Translations under genes and position numbers: made by a program
The notes under the pieces: generated by a model
The model's database searches: none
Seen by the model: the letters and a program-made list of their open reading frames with translations, nothing else
Told to the model about the DNA's origin: nothing
Assembly: GCA_963718915.1 (NCBI GenBank)
Contig: CAVRAI010000003.1
Span: 90,001 to 122,000 of the forward strand
Source: an uncultured Chloroflexia bacterium
Lineage (GTDB): Bacteria; Chloroflexota; Ktedonobacteria; Ktedonobacterales; JADMIN01
Direction of reading: 5' to 3'
Length of the DNA stretch: 32,000 nucleotides
Part shown: positions 23,393 to 31,749 of the stretch, piece after piece
Position numbering within the stretch: the first letter of the stretch is position 1
How the letters are laid out: every line of letters starts with the position of its first letter

Positions 23393-24208
23393 TTGAGCCA
23401 GACTATGATTACCCCGGCCATCGACCGGAAACTCAAAAACCGCGTCAGCCTTGGTCAGGTTATCCAAAACTCACTGCTGATGGCCTATCGCGGGTTGCTG
23501 AAGTTTCGGCGCACCCCCGAGCAGTTCTTCGACGTGACGCTTCAGCCGATCATCTTCACGCTCCTGTTCACCTACATCTTCGGCGGAGCGATCGCTGGTG
23601 ATGTGCATAGCTACCTGCCCATCATCATTCCCGGCATTCTCGTGCAGACGGTGCTTACCACGTCAGCTGTCACGGGGACGCAGCTACGCGAGGATATGGA
23701 TAAGGGCGTCTTCGACCGCTTCAAGTCGCTGCCGATTGCGCGCATCGCGCCGCTGGCTGGCGCGCTTCTGGCGGATACGATCCGCTACTTGATCGCGACG
23801 ACGCTCACCTTCATCATGGGTTTCATTCTTGGATACCGGCCCGAAGGCGGAGTCGTCGGGGTGGTCGCGGCGGGGCTGCTCGTCATCGTCTGCTCCTGGG
23901 CATTGAGCTGGAGCTTCGCGTTCCTTGGGGTGATCGGGCGTACGGCCTCCAGCGTGCAGGGGCTTTCGTTCCTGATTCTCTTCCCGCTCACCTTCGTCTC
24001 GAATGCGTTTGTCCCGACCAAGACCATGCCGGACTGGCTGCAATGGTTCGTGAACGTGAACCCCGTCACCCATATCGTGACTGCTGTGCGCGACCTGACG
24101 AGCGGCGTCGGACTGACCATCGAGACAGGATGGGCCTTGCTGGGAGCGGCGGTTCTCGTGCTCATTTTCGCCCCGCTCACCGTTCGTCTCTACATGCGCA
24201 AGGCGTGA
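23393..24208 (+). CDS. ABC-2 type transporter permease (DrrB-like), 271 aa
   Basis: ORF 23393..24208 opens on TTG; ATG 23405 is the alternative. It has six predicted hydrophobic segments and the ABC-2 pattern (RTPEQFFDVTLQPIIFTLLFTYIFGG...PDWLQWFVNVNPVTH). Confidence 0.87.
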   Translation: MSQTMITPAIDRKLKNRVSLGQVIQNSLLMAYRGLLKFRRTPEQFFDVTLQPIIFTLLFTYIFGGAIAGDVHSYLPIIIPGILVQTVLTTSAVTGTQLREDMDKGVFDRFKSLPIARIAPLAGALLADTIRYLIATTLTFIMGFILGYRPEGGVVGVVAAGLLVIVCSWALSWSFAFLGVIGRTASSVQGLSFLILFPLTFVSNAFVPTKTMPDWLQWFVNVNPVTHIVTAVRDLTSGVGLTIETGWALLGAAVLVLIFAPLTVRLYMRKA

Positions 24209-24255
24209 AACGCGCTCACGGCAACAAGCCGTTCAGTTCCAGGTATTCAGCGACC

Positions 24256-24278
24256 ACCCTCCCCTACAAGGGGAGGGT
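24256..24278 (+). terminator. Family-C hairpin downstream of the permease gene
   Basis: ACCCTCCCC-TACAA-GGGGAGGGT lies 48 nt after the stop and is followed by CTTTC. It uses the same stem sequence as 17751-17771. Confidence 0.5.
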
Positions 24279-24417
24279 CTTTCATTGGGCGAAGGCGGCG
24301 GTTCGCTTCCGAGCGACACGCCGCCGGTCACCTCGAACGCGAGCGTTTCCAGGGGGTTACTATGGGGTAGGCGAATGCCAGGGAGGCGTTGGATAGTGTA
24401 CAAGGGCCTAGCGCCTT

Positions 24418-24975
24418 CTATAGACGGTTTCCATCCAGCCAGGCCCGGAGAAGTTGCGCACGCTCAATTCGGCCAAGTCGAAGGTATGCCTCATGCTCGT
24501 ACACAAGCGTGAGCACTGGCACGCTCATTCCCTCCACGAGCAGGCGCTTTGTGTACGCTGGGAGATCCGGCGGTTCATCCCATTCTCCATCTGGTAACCG
24601 CTTCTGAATGTCGCCCATAATCTCGACCTTGACACCATCTACACACAACATCCCGAAGTGCGATCTGATCCGCTCGGTGGTGCAGAACTCTACGGGACGG
24701 ACAACACAATCCGCGAAGCATCGCTCGATCAGGTAGACGCCTTCCCGATCGGTCTGTACGTCAATGTCATGCACGGCGACAGGAATGCCGTGCAGCGCAA
24801 AACCGAGGCTTCCAGTAATCGCCCAGTGAATCTCTGTGTGATTGAGGCGCTCATACAGCGTGTGCAGAGCTTGCAAATGCTCCTTAACGACCACTCCATC
24901 GCCCTTTTGTCTATTTGCGCCGCTACCTTCCAGCGTTAACGATGCCATGATCCACTCTATCGCTAAAAGAGTCAT
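24418..24975 (-). CDS. Small nucleotidyltransferase (pol-beta superfamily fold), 185 aa
   Basis: ORF 24418..24975. It has a GS...DxD pattern: WAITGSLGFALHGIPVAVHDIDVQTD. Its size and layout resemble small antibiotic or unknown-substrate nucleotidyltransferases. The start could also be ATG 24948. Confidence 0.6.
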   Translation of the reverse strand: MTLLAIEWIMASLTLEGSGANRQKGDGVVVKEHLQALHTLYERLNHTEIHWAITGSLGFALHGIPVAVHDIDVQTDREGVYLIERCFADCVVRPVEFCTTERIRSHFGMLCVDGVKVEIMGDIQKRLPDGEWDEPPDLPAYTKRLLVEGMSVPVLTLVYEHEAYLRLGRIERAQLLRAWLDGNRL

Positions 24976-25010
24976 AGATCCAGATTATTAGCCGCTCTAC
25001 ACAACCTCGC

Positions 25011-26129
25011 CTAGTGGCCGACGCTGGAGACGACCTGCGTGATGATGATGATGAGCGCGGCGCAGGCGGCGATGGAGATGGCGAACGCGAGCACAGCGAA
25101 GATGGCAAGGTAGATGCCGAATCGCTCCGGCGCGCCACGCTTCTTCACCGGACGGGCGGGCACGGGGGCGGGCAGCGCCGCTCGTGGCATGGCGGGCACC
25201 CTCGCGCTGCGGCTCGCCTCGGTGGCGGGCGAGACGACTGTTCCCGCGACGGCGTGCGCGTTCGTGTCACCGGGATTCGCCAGCGAGCCTTCCACAATCT
25301 GGCCCGAACCTGAGGACGAAGCCGCCTGAGACGCTGGCGCGGGGGCCGGTAGCGCCGGGGGCTGCGCGTGGGATGGCAGCGAGAGGTCGCTTGTGCCGGG
25401 CGGCAGCAAACCCTGTTCTTCGAGGGTGCGGTTGTGGTAGTAGGCGATGGCGCGCTCACCCGCGGCGCGCAGGAAAGCATAGTCGATGCCGCCACCAACC
25501 ACCGCGCCGACGCCCGGAATGATGCGTCCGACCCATTTGGCCGCCTGCTCCTGGGTCAGCTCGATGCTCAGCCGCGTCAGGATCTTCGGCAGCACCTCCG
25601 GTATCGCATGTGTCAGCCCCTCGCGGGTCAGCCAGTTGCCCACGCCACGCAGACCATCTATCCCCGCGACCAGCGCCAGCACATCGGCCAGATGCGCCTG
25701 CTCTTCGAGAATGGAGGCGTCGTAGCCGTAGGACTGAGAGATCATCGAGGCCATCCGCACGGCATAGGCCGCCGTCAACTGCACATCCGCGCCCGCCGCG
25801 ACGATGGCCCACAGACCACCCGGCAGACTGGTGACGGCGCCGGTTGCCGCGGCGCGATGGCGATAGCGACGGGCGATGTCGCGGGCCACCTTGTCTTTGT
25901 TGGCGAGACTGGCCCGCCTGATATCCTCGAAGGTCTTGATCGAGGAGTCGAGCCGCTGATGCGCCGCCAGCACGCGCGGATCACGCCGCGCCGCCCAGGC
26001 AATCGCATGCTGAATGCGCTCGGATGTCTTGCCCGGCTTGAGCAACGCCTGAATATCGGGCGGCAGCGCGCCAAGCGCCTGCCCCGCAACGCCACCGGCG
26101 GGATTCATAGGTTTATCAGATGTCGACAT
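25011..26129 (-). CDS. EcsC-family protein with a Pro/Ala-rich linker and C-terminal TM helix, 372 aa
   Basis: ORF 25011..26129. The central region (AATGAVTSLPGGLWAIVAAGADVQLTAAYAVRMASMISQSYGYD...GRIIPGVGAVVGGGIDYAF) matches the EcsC family pattern as I recall it. The C-terminus is FGIYLAIFAVLAFAISIAACAALIIII. Confidence 0.7.
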   Translation of the reverse strand: MSTSDKPMNPAGGVAGQALGALPPDIQALLKPGKTSERIQHAIAWAARRDPRVLAAHQRLDSSIKTFEDIRRASLANKDKVARDIARRYRHRAAATGAVTSLPGGLWAIVAAGADVQLTAAYAVRMASMISQSYGYDASILEEQAHLADVLALVAGIDGLRGVGNWLTREGLTHAIPEVLPKILTRLSIELTQEQAAKWVGRIIPGVGAVVGGGIDYAFLRAAGERAIAYYHNRTLEEQGLLPPGTSDLSLPSHAQPPALPAPAPASQAASSSGSGQIVEGSLANPGDTNAHAVAGTVVSPATEASRSARVPAMPRAALPAPVPARPVKKRGAPERFGIYLAIFAVLAFAISIAACAALIIIITQVVSSVGH

Positions 26130-26344
26130 TGCTTGTGCCCTTCATCCCACGAGGCCGCCCGGCTGCGGAGCGAACACTCTCAAGACATCCTCACCACGTC
26201 GCACGGCGGAACGCCGCCCGCACCAGTATAGCGGAGGGCAGTCATGAGAGCAATACGCAGTCTGTACGGGTCATCGCAAGCCAGTCCATTTCGGCCATTG
26301 GCCCGTTTTACAGGACCAATCGCATCGCGCTGTGATGCTGCTCA

Positions 26345-26403
26345 TTGCGCATCAGCGTCAAATACGCTAATCTAGCAACCATCCGCATTGCGCAGGCGCA
26401 ATG
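26345..26403 (+). promoter_or_regulatory. Candidate promoter and 18-bp palindrome upstream of the lipoprotein gene
   Basis: TTGCGC (26345-26350), a 17-nt spacer, then TAATCT (26368-26373). The perfect-armed palindrome CATTGCGC-AG-GCGCAATG lies at 26386-26403. An extra half-site CATTGCGCA at 26343-26351 overlaps the -35 element. Confidence 0.35.
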
Positions 26404-26450
26404 ACTCTATCCGCATGGCTCATCTGAATTATCTGAAGAGGAGCGCCTCG

Positions 26451-27353
26451 ATGGCCCTTCATCCTCGGCATCATGTAGCGCGTATCCTGGCGCCATTCTC
26501 GTTCGTCATCCTCTTCGCGCTGGTCGGCTGCGTGCCCACTGGCCTTACATCTTCCGAGTTACCCGGAGCAGCCAGCGCGACGCCAACCGCATCGGCAGCC
26601 AGCGCCACGGCAACGCCAGCCCTCACCGCCTGCGCCCAACTGCCCGGATTCGCCAGCGCAAGCGCGCTCACGCTGCCCAACGTCGAGTTCCCGGCCGACG
26701 CGGTGGCGGCAGCGCCCACTACCAGAGGAGGCGGAGCGGGAGAATTCAACCTCGCCACCTACAGCGTCTGCGTGCCCGACACGACCGCCGATCTGACTGT
26801 GGCAAGCGGCAAAGGGCCAAAGCCATTCCTGACGCTGCTGCTCTTCTCCGGCTGGGGACCCATCGTCACGTTTCCTGGCGATGGGCGGATACAGAGCGAT
26901 TGTGGCGGCGCGAAGTGCTTCGCGCTCCCGGACGATCAGCGCTATCTGGCGGTCGATCAAGTGAACGCGCTCGGCAAAGGACTGGTCACCTTCCGCCTAC
27001 GCCATGCGACGCCGCCACCTGGACCAAGTTGCGATCCAGGCGCATTCCCAGATACGTCGTATCAACTCGCCAGCAACCAGGGCAACGGCGTGCTCATCCC
27101 GCTGCCGCCGCTCTCGCGCATCGGGCAAGGGCAGGGCGCCGCTGGCTCGACCTACATCCCGGTCTGTAGCGCGGGAACGCCCGCCTCGATCAACGCTTTC
27201 TTCCAGCAGGCGGCGCCAATCTATGGCTGGGTGCCCGGATCGAATGGCGCCAGCTCCTGGCAGCAGACGAAGGGCGGCCACACGTATGGCTTCGCGGTGA
27301 CACCCGTCGCCGACGCCACCAACTGGACGCTGCGTATCTTCCGCGTACAGTAG
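26451..27353 (+). CDS. Hypothetical lipoprotein, 300 aa
   Basis: Inside ORF 26388..27353, with the start at MALHPRHHVARILAPFSFVILFALVGC (ATG 26451) and GAGGAG about 8 nt upstream. It has the lipobox LVGC followed by an Ala/Thr/Ser-rich linker. I recognise no family. Confidence 0.7.
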   Translation: MALHPRHHVARILAPFSFVILFALVGCVPTGLTSSELPGAASATPTASAASATATPALTACAQLPGFASASALTLPNVEFPADAVAAAPTTRGGGAGEFNLATYSVCVPDTTADLTVASGKGPKPFLTLLLFSGWGPIVTFPGDGRIQSDCGGAKCFALPDDQRYLAVDQVNALGKGLVTFRLRHATPPPGPSCDPGAFPDTSYQLASNQGNGVLIPLPPLSRIGQGQGAAGSTYIPVCSAGTPASINAFFQQAAPIYGWVPGSNGASSWQQTKGGHTYGFAVTPVADATNWTLRIFRVQ

Positions 27354-27873
27354 CCGTACGGCATCAAGGTAACCAGCTAGCCCATCCCCGACATGAAGCT
27401 GTTCTCGGTGGTAGCTGGAGCGTATCGCTCTACCGCCTCCTGGTGTTTTCGGCGTATGCAGCGCCTCCATATTATGCCCGTTCATTATGCTCGTTCGCTA
27501 TTCTGCTTCAGCAAGCCCCCACATCGACTCGTTGCGATTTACTAACACTGACGGTGCAACCGCTTGACAAAGCGGTATATGATAAGCTCAGTCGTGATTG
27601 TAGCTGGCTAGTCGCACTCATAGTAGAAGTCGGCCCGGGTAAGTCAGCTCGTTCTCCGCGTGATAGGTTGGTTTCAGTTCGGCAGTTTTTGGCAACTGGA
27701 GTAACTGGTCAGATCATCGCTCGGCAATGCGTAGGATCGAGCGACTGTCAGCCTCGTGAACACGGCGATACCCACGAAACGTCGTCTGAATGCTACATGA
27801 TTAATTCCACGCCCATTGAGGCTTCTTTGCTCGAATCACAGATCGAACGAATTCCCACGATTGGAGGAGTTGG

Positions 27874-30800
27874 ATGATAGATCGCCGTCGGATTCTGCTC
27901 ATAAGCGTCGCCATCGTCGTGATCATCACGTCCGCTCTGGCCTTCGTTATCACGATACCGGCTGGGTCTCGCTCGCATGTGACCAAACCCAGTACGGCGC
28001 TCGGCCCTGGCTCAGTCCCCACCACGGCAACGGCTCCGCGCTCGAACCAGAACCCTGCCACGACCGTCACAACTGTCACACAACACACTCACCCTTCGCC
28101 CACACCTGTAGGTGCGACTGGCGCCTCCGGATCAACACCTACCCCAACAACCCCACCCCCTGACCCCGGGCCAGTTCAGAGTCATTTTTCTCCCGTAGCG
28201 CGCGATTGGTCAGCATCCTCCGCATCTGGCTATCCAACGGGTAGCGGACCTTGTACTTCCTGCGGGGCGCTCAATCTGACCTGGCAAGGCGGGCCTGTGC
28301 AAGAGCAGCCTACCGCGTACGCTATCTTCTGGGGCAGTCACTGGCAGAATCAGGGGTCGCCTTCTTCAGACGCCCAACTGGTCGAGAGCTACTTCCAGGA
28401 TGTTGGCGGCACAGCATTCGCGAACATCCTGACTCAATATCACGATGTAAACGCGCACATATCGAACGACCTGCACTTTGGAGGCGCTTGGTTTGATACA
28501 TCCGCACCCCCTACTGATTTCTCGTGCTTGCTACCCACCGTAGAGGACACCGCTATTCAAAGTGAGGTTGTCAGCGCCATAGCGACGAACGGCTGGCCTG
28601 TCAGCGGCAACGCCACCTATTTCGTCTATACCCCACCCGGCACAGTCGTGAATAGCGCAAGTGCTGGCGGTTGTCCCGTTCATCTGTATATCAAATCGAA
28701 GTCGGTCACACAGACCTGCGGCTATCACTTCTATTTGAGTTCGCTTGGTGTTGCCTACGCCACGATCATGTATCCCGGGCAACTTTCCCTGTGTCGGGTG
28801 CCCACGTCGCCGAATGGGGATATCGCAGCGGAAAGTATGATAAGTATCACCTCCCATGAGCAGTTTGAGGCGATTACCGATCCACAGATTCTCTCTGTCG
28901 ACGGCCATCTGTCGGCTAATGGGTGGTTTGATTCAGGTGGTGAGGAAATCGGTGACAAGTGCGCGTGGAACTTCTCCGCGGGTCTCACTCATCTCAACAA
29001 TGGCGGGGTGTTTGAGATCCAGACCGAGTTTAGCAACGCCACTAGCTCCTGCGTGAATGCCTATACACCTACTGCCCTCTACGTCGCCGCATCAACTGGA
29101 CTGAATGCATTTGATCCCACCAGTGGGGCACTGATGTGGCGATATCTGACGCCGTGTAACGTGAGCGCGCCAGTGGTCGCCAGTGGCACGGTGTATGTGA
29201 GCGCCTGTGCTACCCTCTATGCGGTCAGCGCCAACTCGCCCAGCCTACTGTGGAGCCATCTGTTCCCCAGCGGAATCAGCAATCCGCCTGTCTTCGCCTA
29301 TGGCATCGTCTACGTCACCACCAACGACAACACCCTTACCGCCCTCAATGCCACAACTGGCGCTACCCTCTGGTCCTTCCAGGATCCAGATGGTGGGTTC
29401 AAACAAATCCTGGTGGGCGACGATGGCGAGATCTTTGCGCTCGTCAGTCCCCCCTATAATGGGCATCTCCTGGCGCTCAGCACGTCAACGGGAGCTTTGC
29501 TCTGGCAAGATACCTTCAACAACGACTGGATCGGGTCGATGGCCTACGCCAATGGCATCGTCTACGCCGGCACCACGCTCTCGTTCTGTACCACGGTGCC
29601 GTGTGGCGCCTTGCAGGCGTTCGACGCCGCAAAGGGATATCAGATCTGGTCGCAGTCGATCTGGAACTTTTTGACGCCGACAGTGGCCAATGGCGTCATC
29701 TATGTGCCGGGAGGCGGGACACTCAATGCGTACGATGCCAACGTGGGTACCCCACTCTGGTATGCGAACGTCTCCTCCGCCAATATTGCCAACAGCCCAG
29801 TCGTTGCTAATGGAACGATCTACATGGGTCTCAGCGATGGGCATGTCGCCGCCATCAATGCCAACGATGGCTCACCGAAATGGCAGTATCTCACGGGCGG
29901 GAATGTTCAATCCAGTCCGCTCGTCGTCAATGGTGTCGTCTACGCAGGTTCAGGTGACACCTACGCGTATGCTCTCGATGCGAACGCGGGTACATTGCTC
30001 TGGCATACGGCGACTGCCGCTGGCATCAGCTCTTCGCCTGCCCTTGCAAGCGCCCATTTAGCTGTCAAGTCTCCTTCGATGGTCGCGCGAGCAGCGCCAG
30101 GCGGTGAACCTGCAACTCAAACAATCACCATCTCCGATAGCGGACTGCTCTCGACGAATTGGACATTGAGCGCATCACCGCCATCCTGGCTCAGCATCAG
30201 TAAATCGTCCGGGACGATAGCGCCTGGCGCCTCCCAGAATATTACCGCCAAGTTTACCCTTCCTAATCCATCGCAGGTTCAGTCTCTGAACACTACGCTC
30301 ACATTTCAGGACTCCGGCGCAGATAATGGCTCTGTGCAGGTAACCATCACTGCTGTTATCGGACCACTCAACACATTGTATGTGGCAGTAGGTCGTGCGC
30401 TCGATGCATTTGATCCTACCAGTGGCGTACTGATGTGGCGATACATGGCGCCGTGCGGGGTAAGTGCGCCCGCGGTCGCCAGCGGCACGGTGTATGTGGT
30501 CGCCTGCGACACCCTCTACGCGGTCAGCGCCAGCGCGCCGACCTTGCTGTGGAGTTATCAATTCCCCAGCAGCACCAGCAATCCACCTGTCTTCGCCTAT
30601 GGCGTCGTCTATGTCAGTACCAACGACAATACCCTCACCGCCCTCAACGCCACGACCGGCGCCGTCCTCTGGTCCTTCCACGACCCAGATGGTGGCGTCA
30701 AACAAATCCTGGTAGGGGACGATGGCGAAGTCTTTTTGCTGGTCAGTCCCCCCTACAATGGGCATCTCCTGGCCCTCAACACGTCAACGGGAGCTTTGCT

Positions 30801-31350
30801 CTGGCAGAACACGTTCAATAACGACTGGATCGGCTCGATGGCCTACGCCAATGGCATCGTCTATGCCGGTACGACCTTCGCGTTCTGTACCACGGTGCCG
30901 TGTGGCGCCTTGCAGGCGTTTGCTGCCACAACCGGATTCTTCATTTGGAGGCAGTCGATCTGGAACTTTTTGACGCCGACAGTGGCCAATGGCGTCATCT
31001 ATGTGCCGGGGGGTAGTACCCTGAACGCCTACGATGCCAACGTGGGCGCCGCACTCTGGAATGTCACACCCTCCTCCGCCAATATCAACAACAGCCCGCC
31101 GGTGGTGAACGGGATTGCCTACCTGAGCATGAGTGATGGCAATGTCATCGCGCTCAATCTCAGTAACCAGACCATAGCCTGGCAAACCACCGTTGGTACG
31201 GCTCAGCTTTCTACCGCGGTTATTGGCGATAATGCGGCCTTTGTCGTAGGAAACGACTCGAGCGTGCGTGCGCTTAATCTGGTAACAGGCGCTGTACTTT
31301 GGCATACCACTCTTGCCGGGGGTAGTCAGGCTACCCCAGCCCTGGGGTAG
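27874..31350 (+). CDS. Membrane-anchored 1158-aa protein: N-terminal TM, Pro/Thr linker, EXORDIUM/PHI-1-like domain, PQQ-like beta-propeller, BACON/Ig-like domain, second PQQ-like beta-propeller
   Basis: ORF 27874..31350, with GGAGGA about 7 nt upstream. TM: ILLISVAIVVIITSALAFVITI. EXORDIUM-like strings: LTWQGGPV...YAIFWGSHW, CGYH, PNGDIAAESMISITSHEQFEAITDP, GDKCAWNF. Repeated ANG-x-VY...G-x-L-x-A-x-(D/N)-x-x-(T/D)G-x-x-LW blades form the propellers. WTLSASPPSWLSISKSSGTIAPGASQNITAKF is BACON-like. Confidence 0.85.
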   Translation: MIDRRRILLISVAIVVIITSALAFVITIPAGSRSHVTKPSTALGPGSVPTTATAPRSNQNPATTVTTVTQHTHPSPTPVGATGASGSTPTPTTPPPDPGPVQSHFSPVARDWSASSASGYPTGSGPCTSCGALNLTWQGGPVQEQPTAYAIFWGSHWQNQGSPSSDAQLVESYFQDVGGTAFANILTQYHDVNAHISNDLHFGGAWFDTSAPPTDFSCLLPTVEDTAIQSEVVSAIATNGWPVSGNATYFVYTPPGTVVNSASAGGCPVHLYIKSKSVTQTCGYHFYLSSLGVAYATIMYPGQLSLCRVPTSPNGDIAAESMISITSHEQFEAITDPQILSVDGHLSANGWFDSGGEEIGDKCAWNFSAGLTHLNNGGVFEIQTEFSNATSSCVNAYTPTALYVAASTGLNAFDPTSGALMWRYLTPCNVSAPVVASGTVYVSACATLYAVSANSPSLLWSHLFPSGISNPPVFAYGIVYVTTNDNTLTALNATTGATLWSFQDPDGGFKQILVGDDGEIFALVSPPYNGHLLALSTSTGALLWQDTFNNDWIGSMAYANGIVYAGTTLSFCTTVPCGALQAFDAAKGYQIWSQSIWNFLTPTVANGVIYVPGGGTLNAYDANVGTPLWYANVSSANIANSPVVANGTIYMGLSDGHVAAINANDGSPKWQYLTGGNVQSSPLVVNGVVYAGSGDTYAYALDANAGTLLWHTATAAGISSSPALASAHLAVKSPSMVARAAPGGEPATQTITISDSGLLSTNWTLSASPPSWLSISKSSGTIAPGASQNITAKFTLPNPSQVQSLNTTLTFQDSGADNGSVQVTITAVIGPLNTLYVAVGRALDAFDPTSGVLMWRYMAPCGVSAPAVASGTVYVVACDTLYAVSASAPTLLWSYQFPSSTSNPPVFAYGVVYVSTNDNTLTALNATTGAVLWSFHDPDGGVKQILVGDDGEVFLLVSPPYNGHLLALNTSTGALLWQNTFNNDWIGSMAYANGIVYAGTTFAFCTTVPCGALQAFAATTGFFIWRQSIWNFLTPTVANGVIYVPGGSTLNAYDANVGAALWNVTPSSANINNSPPVVNGIAYLSMSDGNVIALNLSNQTIAWQTTVGTAQLSTAVIGDNAAFVVGNDSSVRALNLVTGAVLWHTTLAGGSQATPALG
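29074..30048 (+). repeat. Intragenic duplication, unit 1 (beta-propeller module)
   Basis: It aligns in frame with 30373-31347 at a constant offset of 1299 nt. Anchors: ATGCATTTGATCC at 29105 vs 30404; GCAGTCGATCTGGAACTTTTTGACGCCGACAGTGGCCAATGGCGTCATCTATGTGCCGGG at 29652 vs 30951. Confidence 0.9.
30373..31347 (+). repeat. Intragenic duplication, unit 2 (beta-propeller module)
   Basis: Partner of 29074-30048. Roughly the first 690 nt are near-identical by eye. The last 290 nt or so are much more diverged. Confidence 0.9.
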
Positions 31351-31355
31351 AAGGA

Positions 31356-31380
31356 GGCGAATAATTCACATCAATTCGCG
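31356..31380. repeat. Family-B core hairpin (GGCGAAT-loop-ATTCGC) just after the large gene's stop
   Basis: GGCGAAT-AATTCACATCA-ATTCGC. The same 7-bp stem occurs at 3301-3322, 3403-3433 and 4663-4703, each with a different loop. Confidence 0.55.
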
Positions 31381-31749
31381 CGATGTCGTGTAGCGAACAT
31401 GGTTACGACCTGGAGAAAGGTTAAGACTTCAATTATGCGCATGCATCAAGTCCGCCCGTCACTATCAACCAGCCCACCGCTGCTCACTCAGGGGATACGC
31501 ACACCGCCAACCAGGGATCTTTATAATCGGGGAAAGCAACGTCATGAGACTGGCATCATTCCGCCAGTATCCCCCGCACAAAATGGCAAGCTACCTGCCA
31601 AAGATTTCTACCGGCAAAAGAGGGAGAAGAACCCGCTGACGCCCCAAGTTCACCCGGCGCCTCCCCCTAGCGGACATACGCCGCCAACTACAGAAGTCTA
31701 TAAGCACAAGAAATAGTCGCGCACGTTTTGGTACAGAGGAGGTTCGATC

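Noticed and set aside
25368-26231. 287-codon plus-strand ORF antisense to the EcsC-family gene
   Set aside because: It has shadow-frame composition (Arg/Gly/His/Gln-rich). The minus-strand frame has a family pattern and a terminal TM helix.
27561-27590. TTGACA at 27564-27569 as the -35 of the large gene's promoter
   Set aside because: No acceptable -10 lies at a 16-19 nt spacing. The hexamer forms the loop and stem of the hairpin ACCGCTT-GACA-AAGCGGT, so it is more likely structural.
31399-31716. 105-codon ORF as a called CDS
   Set aside because: It has no convincing ribosome-binding site for any of its ATGs, a low-complexity Pro/Lys/Thr-rich sequence, and no family match. It is left uncalled and mentioned under findings.
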